64,000 nucleotides of DNA from Polyangia bacterium (GTDB taxonomy: Bacteria; Myxococcota_A; Polyangia; JAHFDS01; DATFWX01). Under the pieces are notes generated by a model. The model was not told where the DNA came from. It was given only the letters and a program-made list of their open reading frames with translations, and made no database searches. The translations under genes and the position numbers were made by a program. Positions 27,475 through 36,578 of this stretch are shown piece by piece. Position 1 is the stretch's first letter; every line of letters begins with the position of its first letter. The DNA is taken from the NCBI GenBank assembly GCA_035258845.1, contig DATFWX010000130.1:17497-81496 (forward strand). The letters are read 5' to 3'.

Positions 27475-27936
27475 GTGCTGCCCTCGTTTGCATGGCTGCT
27501 GCCGGGTGTGGTCGCGGGCGGGCCGCATCCGGATCGGCTGGGCGGCCTTCAGGCCCTGCTGGGGTATTTGCGCCGCGCGCGCATCGGCGCCATCCTGTCG
27601 GTGTTCGAGGAGCCGCTCGACACCGGCGAGCTCGAGCGGCTGCGCATCCGGTATCTGTGGCAGCCGACGCCCAACTTCACGCCCCCGCCCGATCTCGGGG
27701 CCGCCTGCGCGTTTATCGACCAGGCACGCGAAGCTGGCGCGGCCACGCTCGTGCACTGCTGGATGGGCTGGGGCCGCACCGGGACCGTGCTGGCGGCTTA
27801 CCTTCTGCACCGCGGGCTGTGCGAGACCGCGCTGGAGGCGGTGACGCGCGTGCGCGAGGATTACAATCCGAACGCGGTCGAGTCGCCCAGCCAGATGGCC
27901 GCCTTGCGCCATTTTGCCGAGCGCGCGGCTACCTAG
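27475..27936 (+). CDS. Cys-based protein tyrosine / dual-specificity phosphatase
   Basis: CX5R P-loop VHCWMGWGRTGT. GTG start at 27475; the alternative ATG at 27388 adds an Arg-rich 29 aa. Confidence 0.7.
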   Translation: MLPSFAWLLPGVVAGGPHPDRLGGLQALLGYLRRARIGAILSVFEEPLDTGELERLRIRYLWQPTPNFTPPPDLGAACAFIDQAREAGAATLVHCWMGWGRTGTVLAAYLLHRGLCETALEAVTRVREDYNPNAVESPSQMAALRHFAERAAT

Positions 27937-27952
27937 CTGCGGGCTGCCCGAC

Positions 27953-28297
27953 CTAGCCGCGGGGCTCGCGGCGGCGGCGGAGCTGCTCCTCGATGCGCAG
28001 ATTGAGCCGCTCGACGCGCATGCGCAGAGCCGCAATCTCGCTCTGCAGCGGGGAGCGCAGGCGCTCGGCCGCCGTCTTGACGCTTTCCTCGACTCGGCGT
28101 TCGAACAGCGCTCGATTCCTGCGCACGCGGTTTTGCAGCTCCTGCGCCAGGTTCTGCGCCTCCTCGGCGGGCCGCCCCAAGATCTCGACCAGCCGCGAGG
28201 TGACACGCTGGAGCTCGCTCTCGGCGCTCGAGAGCACGCCGAGCGCGCTCATCCAGGTCTCTCGCAAGACATCCTGCAGCGGCTTCTTGTCTTTCAT
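27953..28297 (-). CDS. Phasin-family (PHA granule-associated-like) small coiled-coil protein
   Basis: 114 aa; LRETWMSALGVLSSAESE resembles the TIGR01837 phasin N-terminus. ATG at 28297. Confidence 0.45.
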   Translation of the reverse strand: MKDKKPLQDVLRETWMSALGVLSSAESELQRVTSRLVEILGRPAEEAQNLAQELQNRVRRNRALFERRVEESVKTAAERLRSPLQSEIAALRMRVERLNLRIEEQLRRRREPRG

Positions 28298-28366
28298 GTC
28301 GGGGCGCCCTCATCGATTGAAGGGGCATGTGACGCCGCGTGTCAAGGGGTCCTGACCGGGGGCCGG

Positions 28367-28537
28367 CTAATCTCGTGCACGCGCGGCCGCGTCCACCGCC
28401 GCCTGATCGAAGGCACGGAAGAAGTCGGCCGCCAGGGGGCCGCAGTGGCGCATCATCCACAGCACCATCACCAGCGCCGCGCCCAGAAGCAGGATGCGCA
28501 AGAGGTCGCGCTGCGCCGACTTGCTAGGCCACCGCAT
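28367..28537 (-). CDS. Hypothetical small single-TM protein overlapping the recJ 3' end
   Basis: 56 aa, MRWPSKSAQRDLLRILLLGAALVMVLWMM. Weak evidence. Confidence 0.2.
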   Translation of the reverse strand: MRWPSKSAQRDLLRILLLGAALVMVLWMMRHCGPLAADFFRAFDQAAVDAAARARD

Positions 28538-30221
28538 GCAGGTCTCGCACGCGCAGCCGCAGGCGGCGCTGGCCGCGAAACTGGTCGATCTCGGGCACGA
28601 ACGCGACCCGCACGGCGGCGCCCTGCCCCGGGTCCCGCTCGGCCAACCGGAATGCAATGGCGTCGTGGCAGGCGCTGCGGCCGCACAAGGTGAGCTGGAG
28701 GTGGTCCTGGCCCACCACGCGCGTGCGCACGGCGGCCGCGTGCGCGGCCAGGAGCGGCTCCGGGTTGCCCCGGCCAAACGGGCCCAGGCGCGCCAGCTCG
28801 GCCGCCAGCCGCTCGTCCACCTCGTCGAGCGCCACCTCGGCGTCGACGGCCAGCTGGCGTGCGGGCGCGCCCTCTGCCAGCGCCTGCCGCGCTTCGCGAT
28901 CGAAGGCCTGGCGGAACGGCTCCAGCCGCTCGGCCAGAACGGTCAGGCCGGCTGCGCCCTCGTGGCCCCCGAATTTTTCCAGAAGCTGGCTGCACGCGGC
29001 CAGTGCGCGCTGCGCGTGAAAGCCGGGCACCGAGCGCACGGAGCCGCGAAAGCGCGCGCCCTCGCCGGCCAGCACGGCGGCCGGCAGGCCGTACCGATCG
29101 ACCAGCTTGGCGGCCACGATGCCGACCACGCCCGGGTGCCAGCCCTGCCCGGCCACCAGCAGCGCGGCCGGGCTGTCCGCGCATCCGCGCTCGACCTCGG
29201 CCAGCGCTTCGCGCAAGACCTGATCCTGGATTTCCTGGCGCTTGAGGTTGGCCGCCTCGCAGGCGTCGGCGGCCGCGTGTGCTTGCGCAAGGTCGTCGGC
29301 CAGAAGCAGCGCGAGCGCAGGCTCGGCGTCGCCCAGGCGGCCGGGCGCGTTGAGCCGGGGCGCGATCCGGAAGCCGACGTCGAATGCGGACGGCACCCGA
29401 TCAATCTGGGCGCGCTCGATGAGAAGCGCCAGCCCGGGCCGGCGGCGCTCGGCCAGGAGCCGGAGCCCGGCTGCCACTAGGATGCGGTTCTCGTCCTCGA
29501 GCGGCGCCAGGTCGGCGATCGTCCCCACCGCCACCAGATCCAGCCACGCCCGCGGATCGGGCTCGGGGCCGGAAAAATGTCCGTCGGCGCGCAGCCGCGT
29601 GCGCAGCGCGGCCGACAGGTAGAACGCGACGCCGGCCGAGCACAGGCCCTTGAACGGAAACCCGCAGGCGCTCTGGTGCGGGTTGATGAGCGCGTAGGCG
29701 GCCGACTCACGCTCGGGCACCTGATGATGATCCACGATGATGACATCGATGCCCCGTGCGCGCGCGGCCGCGATCGCCTCGTGGTCGCTGGTGCCGCAGT
29801 CGCCCGTGATGACCAGCGAGCAGCCGCGATCGGCCAGCTCGGTTGCGTCGGCGGCCCCGAAGCCGTAACCGGCGTCGCGGCGCGCCAGGCGCACGTGGCA
29901 GACCGCCCGGCAGGCGCGCAGGAACGAGGCCAGGAGCGCGGCGGTGGTCACCCCGTCGACGTCGTAGTCGCCGAACACGCCGATGGTCTCGCCTGACTTG
30001 ACCGCGCGCGCCAGCCGCTCGACCGCGCGCGGAAAGCCGGCCATGGCGTCGGGCAGGCGCAGCTCGCCCAGGCGGGGCGCCAGGAAGCGCCGCGCACGAT
30101 CCGGATCCTCGAGCCCCCGCCCGACCAGAACCAGCGCCGTCGGCTGCGCGATGCCCAGCTCACCGGCCAGCGTGCGCGCGCGCTCGGCGTCTGGTCGCGC
30201 GATCAGCCAATTGGGGTCCAT
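28524..30221 (-). CDS. recJ: Single-stranded-DNA-specific exonuclease RecJ
   Basis: DHH (GDYDVDGVT, ITGDCGTS, VDHH) and DHHA1 domains, 565 aa. Confidence 0.9.
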   Translation of the reverse strand: MDPNWLIARPDAERARTLAGELGIAQPTALVLVGRGLEDPDRARRFLAPRLGELRLPDAMAGFPRAVERLARAVKSGETIGVFGDYDVDGVTTAALLASFLRACRAVCHVRLARRDAGYGFGAADATELADRGCSLVITGDCGTSDHEAIAAARARGIDVIIVDHHQVPERESAAYALINPHQSACGFPFKGLCSAGVAFYLSAALRTRLRADGHFSGPEPDPRAWLDLVAVGTIADLAPLEDENRILVAAGLRLLAERRRPGLALLIERAQIDRVPSAFDVGFRIAPRLNAPGRLGDAEPALALLLADDLAQAHAAADACEAANLKRQEIQDQVLREALAEVERGCADSPAALLVAGQGWHPGVVGIVAAKLVDRYGLPAAVLAGEGARFRGSVRSVPGFHAQRALAACSQLLEKFGGHEGAAGLTVLAERLEPFRQAFDREARQALAEGAPARQLAVDAEVALDEVDERLAAELARLGPFGRGNPEPLLAAHAAAVRTRVVGQDHLQLTLCGRSACHDAIAFRLAERDPGQGAAVRVAFVPEIDQFRGQRRLRLRVRDLHAVA

Positions 30222-30257
30222 GACCCCTTATAGCAGGGGGGTCTGACAGCGCTTGCG

Positions 30258-30593
30258 CTACGGGCACGGACCGGGCGGCGGCACGCAGCCCAGAGTGCAG
30301 CACACGTAACCGACCGGGCACGTCGATCCATTGGGACAGGTCTGGATGGGCGCATCGATCGGCAGCGCGTCGATCGACATGGCGTCGGTCCGCGCGTCGG
30401 TCGGCGCCGCGTCGGCCGCCTTGGCGTCACCGGCTCCCCCCGAACCGCCGCTGCCGGCCCCGCCCCCACCCCCGCCCCCCGAGCCGCCGCTGCCTACGAA
30501 GCCACCGCCGCCCGGCGGCGGCAGCGGCCGCGGTCGCTCCGCTTCGTTGCAGCCGAGCGCGAGCCCGACCAGCGCGACCAAAAGGGTGCGCAT
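30258..30593 (-). CDS. Small putative lipoprotein with a poly-Gly linker and a Cys-rich C-terminus
   Basis: MRTLLVALVGLALGC..., a G/S-rich tract of about 28 aa, and a CPNGSTCPVGYVCCTLGCVPPPGPCP tail. Confidence 0.55.
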   Translation of the reverse strand: MRTLLVALVGLALGCNEAERPRPLPPPGGGGFVGSGGSGGGGGGGAGSGGSGGAGDAKAADAAPTDARTDAMSIDALPIDAPIQTCPNGSTCPVGYVCCTLGCVPPPGPCP

Positions 30594-30612
30594 GCTTCTA
30601 GTGTAGTCGGTC

Positions 30613-31860
30613 TTAGGGCGAAGGCTCGGTTTCCTGCGCGGTGGCGCGGGCGCGGCGCGATGCGCGCGGATTTTTCTCGATCTTCTTGGCCTGCGCCGCG
30701 ATTCGGTTGTGCAGCCAGATCAAGACCGGCGACGCGATGAAGATGGATGAATAAGTGCCCACGATGACGCCCACGTTCATGGCGAACGCGAAGTCGCGAA
30801 TGAGCCCGGTGCCCCAGATGTTCATGGCCAGGGTCACGAAGAACACGGTGGCCGAGGTCAGGATGGTCCGCGACAGGGTCTGGTTGATGGCCTCGTTGAC
30901 CACCCGGTCGAACTTGCGATCGCGCTGGCGCGCCGCGTCCTCGCGAATGCGGTCGAACACCACGATGGTGTCGTTCATCGAGTAGCCGATGATGGTCAGC
31001 ACGGCCGCCACCGTGGTCAGCGAGAACTCCTTGTAGGTGACCGCGAACGCGCCCACCGTGATGAGGGCGTCGTGGAGCAGCGCAATCACCGTGCCCGGGC
31101 CATAGGTAATGTCGAACCGGATCGCGATGTACACCATGATGAACAAGATGGCGTACAAGAGCGACCGGATGCCGTCGTTGCGCAGCTCGGCGCCCGCCTT
31201 GGGGCCGATCGAGTCGACCCGCGGGATGGCCTTGACCACACCTGCACCCAGGACGCGCTCGAGCCCCGAGCGCGCCGCCTGGTCGAGGCCCGACAGCACG
31301 ATTTCGAAGCCGTGATCATCGGGCCGGCCGAAGCGCTGCACCTGCTGGGTCTGGACGCCGATGGCAGTGAGCGCCTTTTCGATCGCCTCGGGCTCGACCG
31401 TTTTGTCGTAGCGCACGTAGAACTTGTCGCCGCCCTCGGGGAACTCGAACTTCCTGACGCTGGCGCCGCCGACGTTCTGCAGGGCCTGCCGGGCTGACAG
31501 CTCCTTCTCGGGCGACATGACGGTCACGGCCGCCAGGCGCAAAAGGTACTCCACCTTGCCGGCTTCATTGATCTTGACCACGTCGGAGTTGGCAAAACCG
31601 GCCTTGTCGAGCGCGCTGCGGAGCTGCCCCGGATCGACCTCGCGGTTGAAGTCGACCGTCATCTCGGTGCCGCCGCGGAAGTCGACGCCCCAGTTCAGAA
31701 TCGCGCCGCGGCTCTTGATGAGATAGCGGTTGATCGGCAGCATCGCGAACGTGATGATGAGGAACAGGATCGACGAGCCGATCCAGAACCACATGTGACC
31801 GATGAACTCGATCTTGGTGCCGGGCCGGATGAACTCGACGAATTTCTGCCGCTCGTTCAT
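30613..31860 (-). CDS. secF: Protein translocase subunit SecF
   Basis: 415 aa SecF. The ATG at 31860 follows AGGGGG. The 713-aa ORF extension upstream was rejected. Confidence 0.9.
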   Translation of the reverse strand: MNERQKFVEFIRPGTKIEFIGHMWFWIGSSILFLIITFAMLPINRYLIKSRGAILNWGVDFRGGTEMTVDFNREVDPGQLRSALDKAGFANSDVVKINEAGKVEYLLRLAAVTVMSPEKELSARQALQNVGGASVRKFEFPEGGDKFYVRYDKTVEPEAIEKALTAIGVQTQQVQRFGRPDDHGFEIVLSGLDQAARSGLERVLGAGVVKAIPRVDSIGPKAGAELRNDGIRSLLYAILFIMVYIAIRFDITYGPGTVIALLHDALITVGAFAVTYKEFSLTTVAAVLTIIGYSMNDTIVVFDRIREDAARQRDRKFDRVVNEAINQTLSRTILTSATVFFVTLAMNIWGTGLIRDFAFAMNVGVIVGTYSSIFIASPVLIWLHNRIAAQAKKIEKNPRASRRARATAQETEPSP

Positions 31861-31868
31861 GGCGCCCC

Positions 31869-33716
31869 CTAGATCGATAGCACCTGCGCGGGCTTTCTGC
31901 GGTCGACCAGCAGCGAGAACATGCCGCGCGAGAGCCAGACCGAGGTGTACAGGTTGGTCACGATGCCAACCAGGAGCGTGACCGCGAAGCCGCGAATGGG
32001 CCCGGAACCGTACGAGAGCAGGACCACGCCCGCGATGAAGTTGGTCACGTGGGCATCGAAAACGGTCCAGAAAGCGCGCTTGAAGCCGGCGTCGACGGCT
32101 GCGCGCGGCGACTTGCCGGCGCGCAGCTCCTCGCGGATGCGCTCGTAGATGATGATGTTGGCGTCGACCGCCATGCCGACTGTGAGCACCAGGCCCGCGA
32201 TGCCGGGCAGCGTGAGCGTGGCCTCCAGGCCCGCCATGATGGCCACCATATAAAGGATATTGAGCGCCATCGCGACGTCTGCGATAAAGCCGGCCTTGCG
32301 GTAGTAGAGCAGCATGAACAGGATGACGGCCAGCGAGCCCACCGTCATCGAAAACTTGGCCTTGCTGACCGCGTCCCGCCCCAGGGTCGGGCCGACCTTG
32401 GTCTCGAAGGTCTTGTGCAGCGGGGCTGGCAGTGCCCCCGTGCGCAGAACCGCCACCAGATCTTTGGCTTCCTTGACCAACTGCTCGGGCGCCCCGAAGC
32501 TGCCCAGCGTGATGCGGATGCGCTGGCCCAGGCGCGACTCGATGATGGGCGCCGACGTGATGCGCTCGTCGAGAATGATGGCCATCTTGCGGCCGATGTT
32601 CTCGGTCGACAGGCGTTCGATGATGCTCGCGCCCTCGCGGTCGAAGACGACGTTGACCTCGGGCCGGCCGGTCTGCTGGTCCCAGCCTACGTCGGCGTCG
32701 GTCAAGTACTCGCCGGTCAGCTCGGCGCGCCGCTTGAGCAGCATGCCCTGCCACACCACCTCGCCCGCCTTGATCTTGCTCTTCCCCTTCTGCTTCTGGT
32801 CTGCGCCCTCGTCACCCTCGTCTTCCTCGGCGGCGCGATCGCGCGGCTGGATCTCCTCGTAGCCGATCTCATTGCCTGAGGGGGGCTGCTTGTCCGCGGG
32901 CAGGCCCTGGAAAAACTTTTCGAGGGCGTCGCGCGATTTGGCCTCGAGCACGATGTTCATGTGCTCGCGGGTCGAGTCTTTTTCGGTCCACGATGGGGAC
33001 CGCACGACGATTCCTGAGTCCTTGGGGACGAGCGCGGCCACCGATTTCATATAGTTGTTGGCCGGGTCGGCGTCGTCGACGATCTTGAACTCGAGCTGCG
33101 CGGTCCGGCCGATGATGTTCTTGATGCGCTCGAAGTCGGCTTCCTTGAGGCCGGGCAGCTCGATCACGATGTCGTCGCCCTTGCGCACGATCGAGGGCTC
33201 GGCCACGCCGAACTTGTCGACTCGGCCGCGGATGGTCTCGATGGCCTGACGGATCGCGCCATCCTTGATGTTGTCGATGTAGTCGCGCGCGATGGTGTAG
33301 CGCACCAGCCCTTTTTGCGGATCCTTGGTCACCTCGTCGAGCTGGGTGCGGTACTCCATGAAAAACTGCTTGTCGAGCTTGGCCACGTCGTCGGGGTGCT
33401 TGAAGCTGATGACGATGTCTTTGTCACCGTCGCGGTCGACCTTGAATTCCTTGAGCTTCTTGTCCTTGTGGAGCTTGTCCTCGAGATCGGTGGCCACCCG
33501 ATCGGCCTTGTCCGAGACCGCCTTTCCAACCGCGACCACGTAGACCAGATGCAGGCCGCCCTGCAGGTCGAGCCCCAGCTGGATCTTCTTGGTGAAGTGC
33601 TTCTTGAAAAAAACCGGCTGCCGGGCGTCCGGCACCAGCGTGGGCACCAGGTACACGCCGCTGACCAGCGTGATGACGAGAAAGAAGGCGGCCTTCCACC
33701 ACCAGGACCGCTCCAT
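31869..33716 (-). CDS. secD: Protein translocase subunit SecD
   Basis: 615 aa with a periplasmic domain and a C-terminal 6-TM SecDF core. Confidence 0.95.
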   Translation of the reverse strand: MERSWWWKAAFFLVITLVSGVYLVPTLVPDARQPVFFKKHFTKKIQLGLDLQGGLHLVYVVAVGKAVSDKADRVATDLEDKLHKDKKLKEFKVDRDGDKDIVISFKHPDDVAKLDKQFFMEYRTQLDEVTKDPQKGLVRYTIARDYIDNIKDGAIRQAIETIRGRVDKFGVAEPSIVRKGDDIVIELPGLKEADFERIKNIIGRTAQLEFKIVDDADPANNYMKSVAALVPKDSGIVVRSPSWTEKDSTREHMNIVLEAKSRDALEKFFQGLPADKQPPSGNEIGYEEIQPRDRAAEEDEGDEGADQKQKGKSKIKAGEVVWQGMLLKRRAELTGEYLTDADVGWDQQTGRPEVNVVFDREGASIIERLSTENIGRKMAIILDERITSAPIIESRLGQRIRITLGSFGAPEQLVKEAKDLVAVLRTGALPAPLHKTFETKVGPTLGRDAVSKAKFSMTVGSLAVILFMLLYYRKAGFIADVAMALNILYMVAIMAGLEATLTLPGIAGLVLTVGMAVDANIIIYERIREELRAGKSPRAAVDAGFKRAFWTVFDAHVTNFIAGVVLLSYGSGPIRGFAVTLLVGIVTNLYTSVWLSRGMFSLLVDRRKPAQVLSI

Positions 33717-33717
33717 G

Positions 33718-34134
33718 CTACTTCTTCTCCTCGGCCGGCTTTTCCTCGGAGGCGCTGCTGGCCTGCGCCTTCTTGGACTCGGGCGGCTTGCCCTGGATCG
33801 AGCTGCGCAAGACCCGCATCCGCACCTTCTCCTGGACCTCGAGCGTGACGATGGTGTCGCTCAGCCCGGTGATGCGGCCGATGATGCCGCCCTGCGTGAC
33901 CACCTCGTCACCCTTTTTGAGATCCTTGAGCCATTGCTGATGCTCTTTGGCCTTCTTCTGCTGGGGGCGGATCATCATGAACCAGACCACCCCGAACATG
34001 AGCAGCATCATCCAGATGAACGAAAACGGGCTGCTGCCGCCTCCTTGCTGGCCGCCTTTGTCGCTCTGCTGGGCGAGTATGAGGAGCGAAAGCACGGAAA
34101 TTCCTCCCTGAAATAGGACGACAGGGTTTATCAC
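33718..34134 (-). CDS. yajC: Preprotein translocase subunit YajC
   Basis: FGVVWFMMIRPQQKKAKEHQQWLKDLKKGDEVVTQGGIIGRI. ATGA overlap with the tgt stop. Confidence 0.85.
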   Translation of the reverse strand: MINPVVLFQGGISVLSLLILAQQSDKGGQQGGGSSPFSFIWMMLLMFGVVWFMMIRPQQKKAKEHQQWLKDLKKGDEVVTQGGIIGRITGLSDTIVTLEVQEKVRMRVLRSSIQGKPPESKKAQASSASEEKPAEEKK

Positions 34135-35450
34135 CCACCTTGGGGGTCGTCAAGGATTGTTTGCCGGAAAGCACTGTAGCGGCCCGCCTGGATGGCCCGG
34201 CGGGCCTCGCGCATCAGGCTCAAATAATAATGAAGGTTGTGCAGGGTCGCGAGGCGGCTGTAGAGGATCTCGCGGGACATCAGGAGGTGCCGCAGGTAGG
34301 CGCGGCTGTAGGTGCGGCAGGTTTCGCAGTCGCAGCGCTCATCCACCGGGGCGGTCGAAAACCGATGCTCGGCGTTCGAGATGGTGATGCGGCCCTGTGA
34401 CGTGAAGAGCTGGCCGTTGCGGGCGTTCCGGGTCGGGAGCACGCAGTCGAACATGTCGATGCCGTAGCCAATCGCGGTCACCAGATCGGCCGGTGTGCCG
34501 ACGCCCATCAGGTAGCGCGGGCGGTCGCACGGGAGCTCGTCGGCGGTGGCGTCGAGCACCGCATACATGGCCGGGCCGGGCTCGCCCACCGAGAGCCCGC
34601 CCAGCGCGAAGCCGTCGAAGTCGAGCGCGCAGATCTCGGTGAGGTGGCGGCGGCGCAGAGCAATGTCAGACCCGCCCTGTACGATGCCAAACATGGCCTG
34701 GCTGGGCGCGCGGGGAGCGGCGATGCTGCGGACGGCCCAGCGCGTGGTGCGCTCCATCGCCTCCTGGATCAGGGCCGGCGGCGCGTCGCCAGGCGGGCAG
34801 TGGTCGAAGGCCATCGCGATGTCGGAGCCCAGCGCGGTCTGGATGGCAACCGAGCGCTCGGGGGTGAGAAGATGGCGTGAGCCGTCTAGGTGCGACTGGA
34901 AGGTGACGCCCTGGTCGGAGACGGCCGAGATGGCGCGCAGCGAGAACACCTGGAAGCCGCCCGAGTCGGTGAGCAGAGGCCGCGACCAGCCCATGAAGCG
35001 GTGTAGGCCGCCGGCGGCCGCGATCACATCGATGCCGGGGCGCAGGTACAGATGGTACGTGTTGCCCAGGATCATCTGGGTGCCGAGGTCGGAAAGCTCG
35101 CCGGGCGTCATGGCCTTGACCGCGCCGGCGGTTCCGACCGGCATGAAGACCGGGGTCTCGACCGTGCCGTGGGGGGTCGAGATGCGGCCCGCGCGCGCGC
35201 GGCCACAGGTGGCCTCGAGCGTGAATCGGAGCAGCGAGGTGGCTGCCTGCCCCCGTGGAGCGGTCGCGGGACTTGCCTCCCCACGTGGGGCGTTCGCCGC
35301 CTCGGTCTGCCCGCGTGGGGCAGTCGCGGGACCAGCTTCCCCACGTGGGGCAGTCGCGGGACCAGGCGCCCCACGTGGGGCGATTACGGCGCCGGCCCGC
35401 CCACGTGGGCGCGTCTTCGGCGGCTGCTTCTTGCCTCGCTTGAGGGTCAT
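34131..35450 (-). CDS. tgt: Queuine tRNA-ribosyltransferase with about 80 aa of N-terminal tandem-repeat extension
   Basis: Tgt core (LRFTLEATCGRARAGRISTPHGTVETPVFMPVGT...). The ATG at 35450 overlaps the queA stop as ATGA. N-terminal (P)ATAPRG[EQ]A decapeptide repeats. Confidence 0.85.
   Translation of the reverse strand: MTLKRGKKQPPKTRPRGRAGAVIAPRGAPGPATAPRGEAGPATAPRGQTEAANAPRGEASPATAPRGQAATSLLRFTLEATCGRARAGRISTPHGTVETPVFMPVGTAGAVKAMTPGELSDLGTQMILGNTYHLYLRPGIDVIAAAGGLHRFMGWSRPLLTDSGGFQVFSLRAISAVSDQGVTFQSHLDGSRHLLTPERSVAIQTALGSDIAMAFDHCPPGDAPPALIQEAMERTTRWAVRSIAAPRAPSQAMFGIVQGGSDIALRRRHLTEICALDFDGFALGGLSVGEPGPAMYAVLDATADELPCDRPRYLMGVGTPADLVTAIGYGIDMFDCVLPTRNARNGQLFTSQGRITISNAEHRFSTAPVDERCDCETCRTYSRAYLRHLLMSREILYSRLATLHNLHYYLSLMREARRAIQAGRYSAFRQTILDDPQGG
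35250..35412. repeat. Tandem 30-bp repeats (5-6 copies), each carrying the palindrome CCCCACGTGGGG, inside the 5' end of tgt
   Basis: Direct reading: ccccacgtgggg(c) units spaced by 16-18 nt, in frame (10 codons per unit), encoding ATAPRGEA repeats. Confidence 0.8.
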
Positions 35451-36517
35451 CGGATCAACATCGCATCGCCGTAGGAGTAGAACCGGTAGCCCGCGCGGAC
35501 CGCCTGCGCGTAGAGAGCGAGCAACCGCTCGCGGCCGACCAGCGCTGCGACCAGCATGAGCAGGGTCGAGCGCGGGAGGTGAAAATTTGTAGTCAGCGCG
35601 TCGACCACGCGGAACTGGTATCCGGGGTATATGAAGAGTTGTGTCTGCGTTGGCGCAGTCACCGCCGGCACGACCACCGGCCCGGAGCCGGCTGCCGATT
35701 CGAGTGCCCGCACGACCGTTGTGCCCACCGCCAGCACGGGTCGACCCTCGCGTTTGGCTCGGTTGACTGCTGCCGCGGTGGCGGCGGGGATGGTGTACCG
35801 TTCGGGGTGTATCGTGTGCGCGCGGGGGTCGCCGACCCGCACGGGCGCGAACGTGCCAGGGCCTATGTGTAACGTGAGCGCGACAACCTCGTGTCCCCGC
35901 GCGCGCAGGGCTTCCAGCAGTTCGGCGGTAAAGTGAAGGCCTGCGGTCGGAGCGGCCACCGCACCCGGCTCACGCGCGTACACGGTCTGGTAGCGTTCTG
36001 CGTCCTCGGGCCCAGGTGCCTGCTCCCGGACGATGTACGGCGGCAGGGGGACCTCGCCGAGCGTGGCCAGCGCCTCGAGCAGCCCGCTTTCACCGAGCCC
36101 GTGAAAGCGGACCAGGAATTGATTTGCCTCGCGGCTGAGCACCTCGGCCTCGACGCCGCTGGGCTTGCCTCCGGGCGCCAGCACCTTCAGGCGCGCTCCG
36201 GCGCGTAGAGGTTTGGCCGAACGGGCCAGGCAGGCCGCCTGTGCCCCGGGTCGCGCCGCGGCCGCGTCGAGCACCAGGAGCTCGACCGCGCCGCCCGTGG
36301 TCTTGTGCGCGCGCAGGCGTGCCGGAATGACCCGGGTGTCGTTGAGGACCACCACTGTGTGGGGCGGCAGCAGCGCCGGCAGGTCGCCAAAGCTCCGCTG
36401 CTCGATTGCGCCCGAGGCTCGCGTATAAACGAGCAAGCGGGCAGCATCGCGCCGCGCGGCGGGTGTCTGCGCGATGTGCCCGGGTGGGAGCGGGTAGTCG
36501 AAATCCTCGATTCGCAT
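35447..36517 (-). CDS. queA: S-adenosylmethionine:tRNA ribosyltransferase-isomerase
   Basis: 356 aa, typical QueA (MRIEDFDYPLP...). Confidence 0.9.
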   Translation of the reverse strand: MRIEDFDYPLPPGHIAQTPAARRDAARLLVYTRASGAIEQRSFGDLPALLPPHTVVVLNDTRVIPARLRAHKTTGGAVELLVLDAAAARPGAQAACLARSAKPLRAGARLKVLAPGGKPSGVEAEVLSREANQFLVRFHGLGESGLLEALATLGEVPLPPYIVREQAPGPEDAERYQTVYAREPGAVAAPTAGLHFTAELLEALRARGHEVVALTLHIGPGTFAPVRVGDPRAHTIHPERYTIPAATAAAVNRAKREGRPVLAVGTTVVRALESAAGSGPVVVPAVTAPTQTQLFIYPGYQFRVVDALTTNFHLPRSTLLMLVAALVGRERLLALYAQAVRAGYRFYSYGDAMLIR

Positions 36518-36578
36518 CCGACCCGGCGAGTCTGCAAACCCTCGGCGCCCCTGTCAAATCGAAGCTCCCGCAGCCGAT

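Noticed and set aside
35250-35412. Interpreting the CCCCACGTGGGG array as a CRISPR array or mobile-element terminal repeat
   Set aside because: The units are 30 bp with 16-18-bp related, non-unique spacers and sit in frame inside an ORF. There are no cas genes and no transposase. Kept only as a coding VNTR or REP-like repeat.
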